Shown: positions 10,854-23,595, numbered from the stretch's first letter. The stretch: DNA of 64,000 bases from Vicugna vicugna (GCA_013265495.1 MU058198.1:2802419-2866418); one strand, 5' to 3'. A program made the numbers and translations. Notes: generated from the sequence alone by a model not told the origin.

Positions 10854-13800
10854 ACAGCGAAGTTTGATGTTAGTTGGACTCTTCTTTTTCCTTTGCAGAC
10901 AGACTGTTTCATTTTATTTGTTTTTTTTTTCCTCCCTTGCCTGGATGCTTTGTGATTTTTCTCTGTTGTTTAAGTTGAGATACTTAAGCAGGATATGTTT
11001 AGGTATGGTTCATGAATTTACCTCGCTACTTACTAGCACTTCTGTTCTGATTAATAGTATCCACCTTATCTATTCATCTGAATTATCCATTAAATTCTTA
11101 ATAAACTTTACAGATTTGTCCTCTATAGTTTTTTTCTGTCTTCTCTCACTTTTTCCCTTTGCCTCTGAACATTGTAGTATCTCTTGAGTTGTTTTACTCA
11201 CTGATACGTAGTTTGAAATGGGAAATCTGGAGTCTCATTTCCATTTTTGACTTTTACTTTACCAGTCGGTTATTATTTTCTGTGCAACCGTTATTGACTT
11301 GGGATTATTCCTTCTCCATCATTGCATGGATGTAGCATTTTCTTGTTGAGAATACAACTAGTGATTTTGTAATATTACTTTTGTTTCTTGTAGCAATTGT
11401 CCTGTTAACATTTACTTTTATTCCTCACTCTGATTTATCGGCTGCCTTATCCTTCACATACATCTGGTGATCTTTCTCTTTTCTCTGCAGGAGAGACAGG
11501 TGACCTCTTTCAGAGGTGATTCCTGAAAGCAGGCATGCTAGTGGAGCAAGGGACCCATGGAAGAGGGAGAAGTCAGTTACAAATAGCGGGTTGGCATGGT
11601 GGTCAGTCGCTTGGACTCAATCCTGCTGGGGAATCCAAGGAATCCTAAGGAAACAGCTAGAAAGTGCCTCGAAATTGTCTCTCCAGACAAGAGCCGTTGG
11701 CTAAGAGCTTCTCCCAAGGGTGTTTCCGTCCCTGTGTTTCTGGCCTGCCCTGGGTGAGGGGAGGGTGAGCACCCACCACTTTGGGTGAAGCCCTGGGGCG
11801 GAATATCAGAGACTCATGAGGTACCTAAGAAGGAGAGCGGCTGGGGTTCACAGGAACTGTCCCCTCAGCTGCCGCTGACGTCCAAGGTGGGCTAAGGGAA
11901 CTGAGACGGGGGACAGAATGCACCTGCTATGTGACATATCGGTGCACTCTCCTTCACACGCTCAAAGAGAAGTCAAGCTCTCCAGCCGCTTTCCCTTCCA
12001 AAGTCCTTTCTCTGGAAGCGGACACGGAGACGCCCAAGGACCAGAAGCTCAGCATCCCACCGGGGACCTACTTCGCTGCCCAGTATTGATAGCTCAGCTG
12101 GGACCTTCCACTTACCCCTGTTTTGCAAGTTGAGCTTGGTCTAAACGAAGGGTTCAGCTCTCAGTTCCATCTTGGTCTCTTGCTAAAAGGTGCCTTTCAG
12201 GCCTTCGTTTGCTCTGAATCCTTCAGACCAGGCCTCCTCCTCCAGAAGGGCCGCTGAGGCACGGCCCCAGGGCGGCCAGCCATTTCCAGGGCTCTGCGCA
12301 CACCACCGTGTCCAGTCAGTGCTGACCTCGGACAGCTGGGAGGTGGACGGAGGACGCCAGCCCGGTTCTGCCAGGGAAAGTGCGTGATGCTCAGAGGTCC
12401 TGTGCCTTCAAGGAAGGAAAGCTTAATCCAATTGTGATGTCCAAAGAGCTCTGATCTTGGGTCAGGAAACCTGTGTTCTAGTTCCCATAAGTTCATCAAC
12501 TTGCCTTTGACCTTGGGTGGCTGGCTTGTGTGCCCTTACAGTCAGTGTTTTCACTTGTAGAGTCAGTTAGACTAGATTTGTGTAACCTGAGTGGAGAACA
12601 TATCATAACTAGGTGGCTTGGGGTGATCCTTGAGGTGGTTTGGGACAATACGTACTCACATCACAAAGCACACAGTGAAAGCATTCTCTTTTCAGGACTC
12701 ATTTCTTCATACCAGTTGAGTCAGGGAGAAGGCCTGCTTGGTGTTCATAGGTCTTTAACACCTTTTAACAGTGTTACACTATCTAGTTGGAATTTAATCT
12801 TTTTTTTCCCTTTCTGCATTCATTTGTATAGTTAATTCCCATTTCTGGTGAGAGATACTGGTTTTCCATTTATGGTTCTAACAAAGTTTTGTTTTTAATT
12901 TAAAAAAATAGATTTATGTAAGCAAAAAAAAAAAGTTAAGTGGATTTTAAAGAGAGATAGAAAGTAAACAATGGTGCAAACATACGGCCAGGGCTGTGGG
13001 GGGGCATACCTGAATGGCTGAATTTGGAGAAAACGGACTTAAATATCCTTTGTCTTGCTCTAGAATCTCTTTGAGCAAAAATCCATCATGCAATTGGGAC
13101 TTGGGAGACAGCATTCCATGGCCTGGGGTTTTGCATGATCCACGTTGGATTCCTTTGGAATGTGTTCCCAGCAGACCCACCAAACACCACCCTTCAGATT
13201 CAGTATGTCTGGGACGCTGCATCAGAGAGGCTTTTCTGACAGTTGGCGGAAGCATCTCTCTCCTACAGCAGCTGCAGAATAAGTCCTTAAACATCATAAA
13301 CGACAAATTGCCTCTTCGGTTGCTTTGACGTCCTTGTTTAGTTCAACCCAGCTGTGTCATCGCTGAATAGTTTGGGCCAGAGTCCTTGCTGGGGAGAAAG
13401 TTGTTATGAAAAGCTATCGATTAGGTGTCCAGAGCTGCTGGAACCCAGCAGCAGAGGCTCCTGGAGCTGCATTTATGAAAGGTCAGGTGTTGTTGAGAAG
13501 GGCAAGAATGTGATTGAGAGAGGAGACAATGGCGTGTGCAGCCAGGTGGCCATGGCAAACTGCGTTCTTCCTCGTTCCAGGTGGCGGGATGGGTGGTACC
13601 AGGTCTGCTAGGGTGTGCCCTCCAGCCTAGGAAGGAGTCCAGAGGATGCCTTTTCTTCCTAGAAGATCCTGCCTTGGTCTCATTACCCTAGGACTCCGGT
13701 ATGGGGATGCTGATCTACTGTTCTCACCACACAGTCCCAGCGCTGCCCAACCCAGCCTGGAGCTGCTCTCCTCTGTCCAACCACGGATGCCCGGCCCCAC

Positions 13801-14765
13801 GCTTCCCTGCACAACCGCCAGCCGACACTGTCACCCCATCTGTGAACTGCACTAAACTGTGATGATCTCAGTGCATCCCTGCACTGCCCTTGGCAACCCG
13901 TATAACACCCTCCCTGCACCGAATGTCCTTCAACACCTGTGCATTACTGCGAAAGGAAACCCAGCCTTGTCCCCGGCCATCTCCTCGGTGCCTGGAAAAG
14001 CACCTGGCACCTAACAACACTGATAAACTGTTGAATGACTCAGCGAGTGTTTGGACCGCTTGGGCAGGGCAGGACTCAGCAAAACCCTCAGGCACCCACT
14101 GAAACCACACTGCACTGTTGACTCACAGCTGCAAATGCATGGAGAATGAAAAGCTGCTCAGGAAATCTGGAAGGAGCTCTTGAAAAAAAACAAAAGTGTA
14201 AGTAGCGAAGGAGGGGAGGAACAATGTTCCTTTCTGCCTATAGCTTTAGAATAGTTGTAATTGTGAATGGCCCGTCAATCACATTTGATTAAATCATACC
14301 TTAGAGCAGTATTTCTCAACGTTGTTTTCTTCTTGGTACAAAAGCTGTTGCATAGCTAATTTCTACAAGTTACGTGAAATTTTCTTTCCGGGGTAGAAAC
14401 CATTCCACTCTTTTTTTTTTCCAACTCAAGGTAGCATATTATATGCTTTTGTAAGATGACATGGTTTTTTCCCCCTTTCACCTAAAGATTCTGATAAGCC
14501 CCTCACCACCCCTCCTGCTAGATAGAATTAATGTCTTAGGTGCTTCTAACTTCATTTTGCTTATAAATGCCTCTAAGAACATGATGAAAACTATATCCCA
14601 CCCCCCTCACGTTTATAAATATATATATACAACATTTTGCAGAATTCACCTTATTGCAGTGGAAATGGACTACCTTCAAATTCATGCACTAGGAATGTGA
14701 TCCTTGCAAAAAGTTGTGTCTTTTTGCCTCAGCTTTTTAATGTAAGATAAATGGTCATTTTCTAG

Positions 14766-14956
14766 GGGAAAAAAAGTACTCAAAGTTGTGCAAAACAAGA
14801 AAAGGAGGCTTTAACTTTACTCCAAAGGAAGTTGCAATGCCACAGCTGCCAGCGTTTAGCTGGTACAAGAAGCTGAAATTCTGGGGCAGGCGCATCTTTG
14901 ACATCAAATCGATTCTGACTTTGGCTTTGATGGCGATGGACACCTGACTTACAAAG
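14766..14956 (+). other. Possible non-coding internal exon (191 nt)
   Basis: Acceptor cattttctag| and perfect donor AAG|GTAAGT in repeat-free sequence; all three frames contain a stop; no transcript evidence. Confidence 0.25.
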
Positions 14957-15429
14957 GTAAGTAGAAGCAAGTGGAATCAGAGATTCCATGGGTAGCTTTG
15001 CCCAGCAAGCGTGGCCTGGTGTCAAGAAGCACAAGATTTCCCTAAGACAGCTTCAGTTGCATTCATGCCACATCATTTCCTGTGTCCTCGTGTCAGGGAG
15101 GTCACTGCTAGCCCGGTCTGCATATTCTTTGCTTGGCAAAGAAACTTTATTATTTCAGAGATGTTGCGTGCTTTTGCAATTACCCAAAAGAGCTCACAAA
15201 ATAGGAATTCTTTGATGGTGTCAGAGTGCATCTAAGAGGTGAAATCAAGCTGCTGGCTGCCCTGGGAGGGAGCAGTGATGTCACCCAGCTGCGAGGCAGA
15301 GGGATGCTAGTGGCTCTGGAGAGGATGACGACATTCTTTGAAGGTGCTTCTTACATTTCTTCCTCTGCTCCAAGCTGTAAACTGGCTCGAAAGCCACCCT
15401 GACTCTTCTACTTCAACTCCTTTGGAAGT

Positions 15430-17150
15430 TATCTGTAATACTTATATTCTTTTTGGGGTTATCTTTACAGCCTAGAATCTATCAATATTTTACCTTCTTT
15501 CCCCCCCCAAAGACAAGACCCTTAGCACACTAATCCCCATCACCAACCCCCGTCGACCGTGTCTTTTCTGGGATTTTAGTTATACCTTGTTTTTGCCGAC
15601 CCCAATCCTTTTATCATCATTACTTCCTTTTTAAAGAAACAGTAAACTCTCTGCAGATCTATCCAGAGGTTTCCTGATTCCTTTGGTCACCATCACATCT
15701 TTCATCCACTTCCTCCTCTGCGTTCACTCACTATTGACTGAAGCATGCCGTTTTGACTGGTAAATTCTATCTTTTTAATCTGAAAATGTCTCTATTTTGC
15801 CTTCACTCTGGATTCATAGTTAATTCAGTTCAGAATTCTAGGCTGGCGGTTATTCTCCCTCAGATCCTGCAAGATGGAATTCCAGCATCTTCTGAACTCT
15901 TGTCTTGTTGAGAAGTCAGCTCTGAATCTAGGTCTGAATCCTTTATAGGCAAATATGACTTTTATCAGTGGTTACTTTCTACTGTCTCTTTGGTGTTCTG
16001 TAATTTCATTGCAATGTCTCTATGGATTTGTTTCACTTTATCTTGATCAGAACACACCTTGTTTCTTAAATCTAAAGATGAATGCTTTCTGTCAATTATG
16101 GAAAATTCTCGGCTACCATCTCTGAGGATTTTCTTTTCCATTTGTGCTCCTTCCACCTTGTAGGCTCTCGAGTTAGACACATGTTGTACCTTCTAATACA
16201 TGTCTCTTATCTCTCAATATTCTCCCCTGTTTTTCTTCTATAATCTCTGTGTTGAACTATAGAAAATTTCCTTTGATTTTTCATTTGTTTGAGAGTATTT
16301 GTTTTTCACAAGAGAAGGGCTCACTTTGGAAGGGTTAGAACTTTTGCCAAAACTAGGATTTGCCTGTTTTTTTTCCCCCCAGAACATGCTATTCTTTCAT
16401 TCATGTTTCTGTTTTTCCCTTTTAATCTCCTTAAATGGTAAACATACTTATTTTATAGTTTTTTAAATTGCTTTATTATCTCAAGTTCTTGAGAAGACCC
16501 ACTCGCTTTTTGTCATATCATGTTATTCTCCATTATGATGGATCATTTCCTGGCATGTTTTGTAATTTTTAAGTTTTGAGCCCCCCATCTTAGTTGGGAG
16601 TTGTTTTTGCCGTGTGAATGCTGTGTGTCCTGTGTTGGAAATGTTTCTACTGAGTGACTTTGCATTTGCTTCTTCTGCTCCAGGACAAATTTTTGTGCTG
16701 ATTTCTTGCACTGGGACTCCTGAACCATGCTAGACACAAGCTCAGAGTCTCAATTTTTCAAGACTTAGTTTTCTCTCCCAGAACCTGAATAAAGACAAAG
16801 TTCCTTACAGTTCCCCTGGGCCAGTGGGAAAAGTTTCTCTAGTCTTTCTTCCCAAAAATGACAGCTCATAAAATTCACAGCTCTACATAGGGGTCTCGAT
16901 TCCAGGTAACCACCTCCCATGAGTTTAGGGTCACACATTCAGTCCTTCTAGGGGGTTGTAACAGCTTCATCGACTAAGGCTTATATATGGTCTGTTATCT
17001 CTATGGGCCATCGTGATATCATTCTAGCCATCAAACTTCTCTTCATTTCTGACGTTCAGGGATTTCTCTCTCTCTTTTGTGAACCATTTTTTCACTGGAC
17101 TATCTTATCCAGAATTTCTACTGGTAGAAAAATCCATGTTAACTAAGGCT
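15430..17150 (-). mobile_element. Old L1/HAL1-like element with decayed ORF1
   Basis: Minus ORF 15965-16180 (..REFSIIDRKHSSLDL..HRDIAMKLQNTKE) resembles the L1 ORF1p segment ENFPEL..PRHIIVKLQNTKDKE. Confidence 0.7.
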
Positions 17151-17629
17151 ACTTTGCTGTGGGGCCTAATGTTGTCTCTAATTATGGCTGCATTTCGTTC
17201 GCAGTACGGTTAGCAACTTAGTAGGATGCTGAAGTTGAGGCTTTTTGATAAAGTAAATTCAACTTTTGGTAAAGTTCCAGTCTTCTCAGATTGAGTTGTC
17301 TTCTCATTAACAAGAGATCTTTATTGTCTGATTTCATTTCCAGATGGTCTGACATAAGTTGGCCCTTCAGATTGGTTGCTGTGTTGGGCCAAGAGGTCCA
17401 GTCAACACTTGCTCATATATTATCAGTGTTGGGCAGTGATGTTCCCAATCTCACTGAAAGCCCTTCTGCCCTCCCAACTTTAGTGCCTCCCTTGTCATAT
17501 ACTTGGCCTACTTTGTACGCTCAGATAAGCTTAGTGAGATCCCGGACCGTGTCACCTACTTGTTCCGTCTCACCCACGGTGCCAAGCACATAGTAGGCAG
17601 TTAAAAAAAACCTGTATGCTTTATATGAG

Positions 17630-18250
17630 CTCATTTGTAATGGGAGATATTAAAATTAAAGCAATTTGAGATGTCATTTCACACCTATTAAACTAGCAAA
17701 AATTAGAAAAATGCCATACGTCAGAGCAGATAAGAGGGTATAAGAACACTCAGGCACTGCTGATGGGAAGGCAGACTGGTGTAACTCTGAACAGCAATCT
17801 GACATTACTGTCAAATTAAACATATCAAACTCCAGAGTTCCACTCTTGGGCAGATAGCCCAAAGACATTCTCACAGAGCTCTGTAAAAAGACACGTAGAA
17901 GAAAGGAAACTGCAGTGTAGTTATCGTGGTGTGGAGTTGGACACAATCTCGATGTCCATCCCTGGGAAAGTGGGTGGGCAAGGAGGGAGGGGCACAGATG
18001 GAGTCCTCTGCAGCCCTTTGGCACCAGCAGATTCGATGAACAAGAAACAACAGGGATAGACTTTAAACGTAAAGCACGGAGTGAGAAATGCAGGAAAAGG
18101 AATGAGATATTCAGCAGGATACCATTTATGTAAATTTTTAAAAACCCACATGCCAAACAATATACATTTTGCAAGAACATAGTGAAGCAAAATGATGCAT
18201 GTTAAATATGTGAGAATGGATTGCCTATGGGAGAGGGGAGAAAAGTGAGT
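17630..18250 (+). mobile_element. Old L1M (L1ME/MD-like) ORF2 end and 3' UTR
   Basis: aaattaaagcaatttgagatgtcatttcacacctattaaactagcaaaaattag, ttccactcttgggcagatagcccaaagacattctcaca, ataccatttatgtaaattttt. Confidence 0.85.
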
Positions 18251-18361
18251 ACTTTAATAAATATGTAAGAAAGGAGCCATCATGGACCAATGATGATGAC
18301 AAGCCACAGAGCAAGGAATATGATTAACTGTCAGCATATGATGTTAAAAAAAATATCAGAG

Positions 18362-18620
18362 AGGAAGGGGTGGGAAGGGATAAATTGGGAGTTTGAGATG
18401 TGCAAATACTAACTACTATGTATAAAATAGATAAAAAACAAATTTCTTCTGTATAGCACAGGGAAGTGTATTCATTATCTTGTAGTAACCTATAATGAAA
18501 AGGAACATGAGAAGGAATATATGTATATATATATATATATATATATGCATGACAGAAACATTATGCTGTACACAGGAAAATGACACATTGTAACTGACTA
18601 TACTTCAATTTAAAAAATAA
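18362..18620 (+). mobile_element. Young L1 3' UTR fragment containing a (TA)n tract
   Basis: gggaagggataaattgggagtttgagatgtgcaaatactaactact..tgtatagcacaggga..gacacattgtaactgactatacttcaatt plus A tail. Confidence 0.9.
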
Positions 18621-18834
18621 ACTATTGCATGTAAAAAAAAAAAAAAAGAAACATTTTTTCAGTTGGGAGTCTCATTTTTATCTCAAATTCTTGCCCAGTC
18701 AGGCCAGCCTTGTGTGCTTTCTGGAATCCTGTAATTATTATTTTTGTATGTGTCCTTCCCTTCCGACTCACGGACAAGCTCTTTAATTGCAGGAGTTGGG
18801 TCGTATTTGTTGTTACACAGCTGCAGCAAGACAG

Positions 18835-19045
18835 AGTTAGCTCAAAGGGGATGGATCTGGGTGTCAGATGAGCCTCTTCCACTGACTATGTGACCTTGGG
18901 CAAGATCATGTCATCTTTCTCAGCCTCAGTTTCCTCATTTGGAAATCAGGGGTAAAAAGACCTTTGAGGATTGTTACCAGGACTAAATGAGGAAATATGA
19001 ACTATTGTCCCCAGTACATTACTGTAGTAGATATTTAATCAATCC
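18835..19045 (+). mobile_element. MIR SINE
   Basis: actatgtgaccttgggcaag..cagcctcagtttcctcatttggaaatcaggg (MIR core). Confidence 0.85.
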
Positions 19046-20094
19046 TAGCACGCTTTCCTGGATTATATTTGCTTTCGTCCACAACACACCCTAGGTGTTC
19101 CAGCAAGATTTTTTGGACAGAAATGGACTGATGTTCACCATAGACTGGAGCAAAAGGTGGTAGCTTCAGATATAGCTAAAACAGAGCCCCATGCAGCATT
19201 GTTTTAAAGCATCCCGATTGCTTCTGAGTGTAGTTGTGAAATATTCGCCTTTGAGCATCTTTAGAAAGGAAGTCTCTGCTTTCACATACGCCTCCACCAT
19301 CCCACTTCCTGGCTCTGTTTCAGACTTGAGGACTCTGTGACTTCTCACTCACCTTCCTCCCTGCTGGTCTTAGAGAGAAGTACTCTGTGTGTTCAAGTTG
19401 ATTTCTCTCTCCCTTTTGTTCTCAGCTGTCTGTTAGAGAGACCATAACTTAACATGAGGCTGGATGATTATCCCCACGCCTGCCGCCGAATTGAGAAACC
19501 CTGACACTCTGCTGTGGACGGTGGTGATTTTCCGAGGCCTTTAGATTGATTGCATTCATCTTAGCAGCAGGTTATACAAGCTATAAAATTATCCAGCTGC
19601 TTTCTAAAATCTTACATTCAACCTGAAAGTCTTTAAAAGCTTTCATACTTTGAACATTTTAAATCCAGCAGGTTTGGACAATGCAACTGACTCACTGTGA
19701 TTTGGGTGGGGGTTTTACCTCTCTATGCCTTGTTTTTCTCATCTAGGAAAAGGGAATGGTCTTCAGCCTGGTGTATTTAAACATGCAGAGGGACATGAAG
19801 CATGCAGTGTGCCCTAAATAGCAGGTTTAACAGAGATGATCTCACTTTCTGGCAGTTGTCAGTTCCCCCTCGTGTTATTTTACCACATCAGGAGCTTACA
19901 GACGTATGCACTTACCTCTTTAAAATAATTGGGTCCTCTGTCTCTTTAAGCCCACTGAAACACTAAGACTATACATTAAGGGGGGGAAAGCCTTTTACTG
20001 AAACGTTGGCCATGTGGAAGTGTCACAGCTCAACTTCAGTATGTGGAAATGACATCCATTTTATTGTCTAGTTCTCATTCCAACTCGATTTAGA

Positions 20095-20635
20095 CAGACT
20101 GAATAGGCGAGGTTGTGCTGCATGACAAACAGCCCCAACATATCACTAAACTTGGCACAGCAAAGGTTTATTTCTTGCTCATGCTACATGTCCTTGAAGT
20201 CTTGGGAGGGGACCTCTGCTCATCATGGTCACTCAGGGACCCAACTCATGGAGACCTCATTTTAACATGGGTTTCCAATGTCACCACAGATGTGGAAAGG
20301 GAATGTGGTGGATAGTATACACTGGCTCTTAACATTTCTGTCTGGAGGCAGCTTCAGGAAAGGCTTGATCCAGGGCACAAACAAAGCCATTATGCTCCAT
20401 CTTTTGGACCTAGTTCCTCTGGGTTATTTCCATCCTTGGGTTCTGGCAGTTCCAGGCTTCACAACATCATAGAATTCATTTCAGCAAAAGAGACAGGATC
20501 CCCTCAAATAGTTCCCAGAGAAATCCTGGAGTCCCTCTCTCATTGCCCTGGATTGAGTGATAACCATGGCTTGGACAATACAGTGTATATTAGCTTAGGG
20601 GAGTCATCCTTACTCTTGGGGCTGGGTATGGGAGT
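20095..20635 (-). mobile_element. MLT1 (MaLR) LTR fragments
   Basis: tgtgctgcatgacaaacagcccc..aaggtttatttcttgctcatgctacatgtcc..ggtcactcagggaccca, typical of old MLT1 subfamilies. Confidence 0.6.
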
Positions 20636-20830
20636 AGAGTTGCTCCCATAAAATAAAATACAATATAATGGGTGAAATTTAAATTTCAGGTAAACACAGA
20701 TTTTTTTTTAGTATAAGTAAATCCCGACTATTGTAGGAGACATAGTTAAACTAAAAAATTATTCATTGTTTATCTGAAATTCAAATTTAACTGGAATATC
20801 CTGTATTTTATTTGCTAAGACTGGCAGCCC
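20636..20830. mobile_element. MER53 palindromic MITE
   Basis: Arms 20675-20696 and 20767-20788 are reverse complements at 20/22 positions; ends ctgtattttatttgctaagactggcagccc as in MER53. Confidence 0.85.
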
Positions 20831-20994
20831 CATATGGGAACGCCTTTGCAAACCGGTGTTTCCTTCAAAGCACAATTGGGATGCTGTATTATCAGAATAA
20901 GAGATAAGTCTACTGAGTGTCATAAACCACAGTTGTTCATCATAATAACTATGCTACTGCTGAGTGGGTGTGATGCTTCCCCTAGTTGTATACG

Positions 20995-21580
20995 TGTGAT
21001 ATTGCTCTGAAATAATACCTTACAATGGCATAACACTGTGTAACAAACAAACTTAGTCACCTAAACCAATAATTTATTATTATCGCTCATGGTTCCATGG
21101 GATGACTGGGCTCAGCTAGGCAGTTTTTACACAGCATCTCTCATGCAGTTGCAGTCAAATGTCCGCTGGAGCGGTTATCATCTGAAGGTTCTACTGAGAT
21201 GAACGTCCAAGGTGGCTCACTCACATGGTTGGCAGTTGAAGCTGGCTGTGAGCTCAGCTGGGGTGGTCAACCAGAGTGCTGACGCATGGCCTCTCCACCT
21301 GGCTTGGGCCTCTAGCAGAAAGGCAGCTGGGTTCTGAGAAGAAGCATCTCAAGAGCAAGTGTTCCAAGAGGTTCGGGCAGAAGCTGTGGGAATTCTCATG
21401 ACTTGGCTTCAGAGGTTCTAGAATTTCCTTTTGCTGGTTTCTGTGAGTCAAACCAGTCACTGATGGTGATCTGGATTCAAGGGCAGAAAGGAATTAGACC
21501 CCGCCTCTTAGGAGAGAAGTAGCATGTGTGTGTAGGGTGAGACAGAATCGATGGAGTCATCTTGGAAACTGCCAACCACA
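20995..21580 (-). mobile_element. MLT1 (MaLR) LTR
   Basis: tgtaacaaac..atttattattatcgctcatggttcc..gggctcagctaggcag..gtccaaggtggctcactcacatggttggcagttg..ggagtcatcttggaaactgccaaccaca. Confidence 0.85.
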
Positions 21581-21770
21581 TGTGTTTTATATGCATTGTG
21601 TAATTTAGCCCTTATATCGACCCTATTGGGTAGAAACAGATGTAGTCCCATTTTACAGATGAGGAAACCAAAGTCTCAGTGGAGTCAAAAGACTTGTCCA
21701 AAATCAAACAGCTAGTAAGTAAGTGGCAAAACAAGGAGTAGAACTCAGGTCTTCCAATTCCAAGTCAAAG
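21580..21770 (-). mobile_element. MIR SINE
   Basis: cccattttacagatgaggaaaccaaagtctcag..gacttgtccaaaatcaaacagctagtaagt (reverse MIR core). Confidence 0.9.
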
Positions 21771-22039
21771 TTTTGGGTTTTTTTTTTCTCTCTTGCAGCC
21801 CAGCTGTCTCCTCTTTGGAGTGGTACAGATATTGTACATAGATTTAAGAATAAAGATGAGAACCCACCCTCCTAAAAGAGGGTATAATCCATGTTCCCCT
21901 GACTCATGGGGATTTTCCACTCCCTATTTGTTACGTCACTTTCCCTGGGTTTCTCTTAGGATAATTTAAGATAAAAGGTAAAGAACTTACTAGACTAATC
22001 TAATTTTCAGCCACTTGTGGTGTTGATGACTGGAAGGGT

Positions 22040-22590
22040 TTGGATTATTATTCCGCAAATATTCACTCCTGTCTCCCCCTCCATCACGGTTGGGCTTGGC
22101 CGTGTGACATGCTTTGCTCAAAGGGATGTTGTCTGATGTAACACGATCAAAGGTTGGAAATCTTGTGTCATTGGGCTTGCTCCCTTGGTGCTTCTGCAAC
22201 CGCCAGCTGGTCTTGGAAGGACAGGAGACACGTGGAGCAGGCCCAAGCTCCGCCTGGACCACCTGTTCTCAACTGAAAGTGATTTTGTCCACAAGGAAAC
22301 ATTTGGCAATATCTGGAGACATTTTTGGTTGTCACAACTAAGAGGAGGGTGCAATGGGCATCCAGTGGGTAGAGGCCAGGGATGCTCCCAAACATTCTAC
22401 AAATGCACAGGGCAGCCCCCTATGACCAGGAATTACCTGGCCCCAAATGTCGGCAGTGCTGAAATGAACAAACCCTGGGCTAGATAAGGCAACTTCAGCC
22501 TACCTGTAGACCCGCGAGGAAAAATAAGTGATCGTTATTTGAAACCTCTGAGTTTGGGGGGAGGTTTTTAATGCAGCATTATCGGTTATA
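22040..22590 (+). mobile_element. MLT1 LTR split by a MER20 insertion
   Basis: gggcttggccgtgtgacatgctttgctcaaagggatgtt upstream; aaaataagtgatcgttatttgaaacctctgagtttgggg..atgcagcatt downstream. Confidence 0.7.
22258..22478 (+). mobile_element. MER20 hAT-Charlie DNA transposon
   Basis: gttctcaactg..catttggcaatatctggagacatttttggttgtcacaact..gcatccagtgggtagaggccagggatgct..ggccccaaatgtc..aaaccctg, ~220 bp. Confidence 0.9.
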
Positions 22591-23244
22591 AATGGCAGAT
22601 CCATGGCAAATGAGAGAAATCATGTTTTATGAGGCAAACTCATAAATAGTTCCTCCCAGCTAAGCTTCGTAATTGCCTTGCTGGCTCTGGTCCCCAGGCA
22701 TTTCCTCTGGCAAAGGGCAGCCTAGCAGAGCAGCTTAGATTCTTGCTTCCTGGGGAAGGAAGGCACCACCTTAAGCCCCAAAGACCCCTCCCTCAAGCTT
22801 CATGTCATCCTCTTTCTTGCCTCCTGAAGCCCTTAATGACTCTCTGCCTCACAAGGGCTGCCCCTTCCCCTCTCTGTCACATTCAATTTGTCTGAAGAAT
22901 TTTCTCCAGCTGGTTATTAATGCCTGTTTTCTCCTGCAGAAAAGCTCGCCTTTTCTCTCATCATTCCAGGTTGGACTCTCAGGCCCTGATGACTACGTGC
23001 ATCCGATGGTGACTTGCATCCCCAAGAAACTTAAATCATTCTGTATGCTTTCAGAAAAGATAAAAAGTGTTCCCTTTGGTCCTTCCAAAAATCCCCACAT
23101 CCCTTCAGATCTTTCTATGTAGTCAAACTGAGAAGAGAATCAGGTTGTGACTAATCTGCACAAAGAAATTATAGACACATTTTTACCTCCTGAACATGTA
23201 GTCCCATTTTTTACCAGCTCGCCTTCCTCAACCACTTAGAAGCA

Positions 23245-23595
23245 TTATTTTTAATTGAAGTATACTTTGCATACAGTGAAATGCACAGATATGAAGTGTA
23301 GAGCTTGATCAATTTTTACATCTGCATACCCCTGTGTAACCACTACCCAGATCAAGATCTAGAACATCCCATCACCTCAGACAGTCCCCTTGGGCCCGTT
23401 TCCAGGCAATCCCTACCCCCGCAGAGGTCATCGCTATTCCGTCTTCTATCATCAAAGATTAATTTTGCCTGTTCTCAAACTTCACAGAGGTGGAATCATA
23501 CAGTGTGTCATGCCGTACTTATTCATTTGTGTCTGGCTTCTTTCTGTCCACATAATGTTTTGAAACTCATCCATGTGGTTGGGTGTATTATTTAA
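23245..23595 (-). mobile_element. Old L1MB/MC-like 3' end
   Basis: ttaattgaagtatactttgcatacagtgaaatgcacagat..ccctgtgtaaccactacccagatcaagatctagaacat..tggaatcatacagtgtgt. Confidence 0.85.

Larger units (their letters stand above)
10250..11490 (-). mobile_element. Very old L1M/HAL1-like fragment
   Basis: T-rich decayed sequence similar in character to the blocks at 15.4-17.1, 24.1-25.1 and 56-57.5 kb; hosts a young L1 and a (GT)n tract. Confidence 0.5.

Noticed and set aside
11750..12400. GC-richer stretch with a GGGGCGGA GC-box as a CpG-island promoter
   Set aside because: CpG density looks too low for an island, and no first exon or donor is evident.
13845..14025. GTGATGA (box C-like) inside a short tgcact..agtgca stem as a C/D snoRNA
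   Set aside because: There is no suitably placed box D with a terminal stem. The nearest candidate CTGA I see is ~160 nt away.
19400..23030. Strong-looking plus-strand splice acceptors (~19424, ~21798, ~22939, ~22969)
   Set aside because: They lack convincing paired donors or recognisable reading frames, and such pyrimidine-AG motifs are common by chance.
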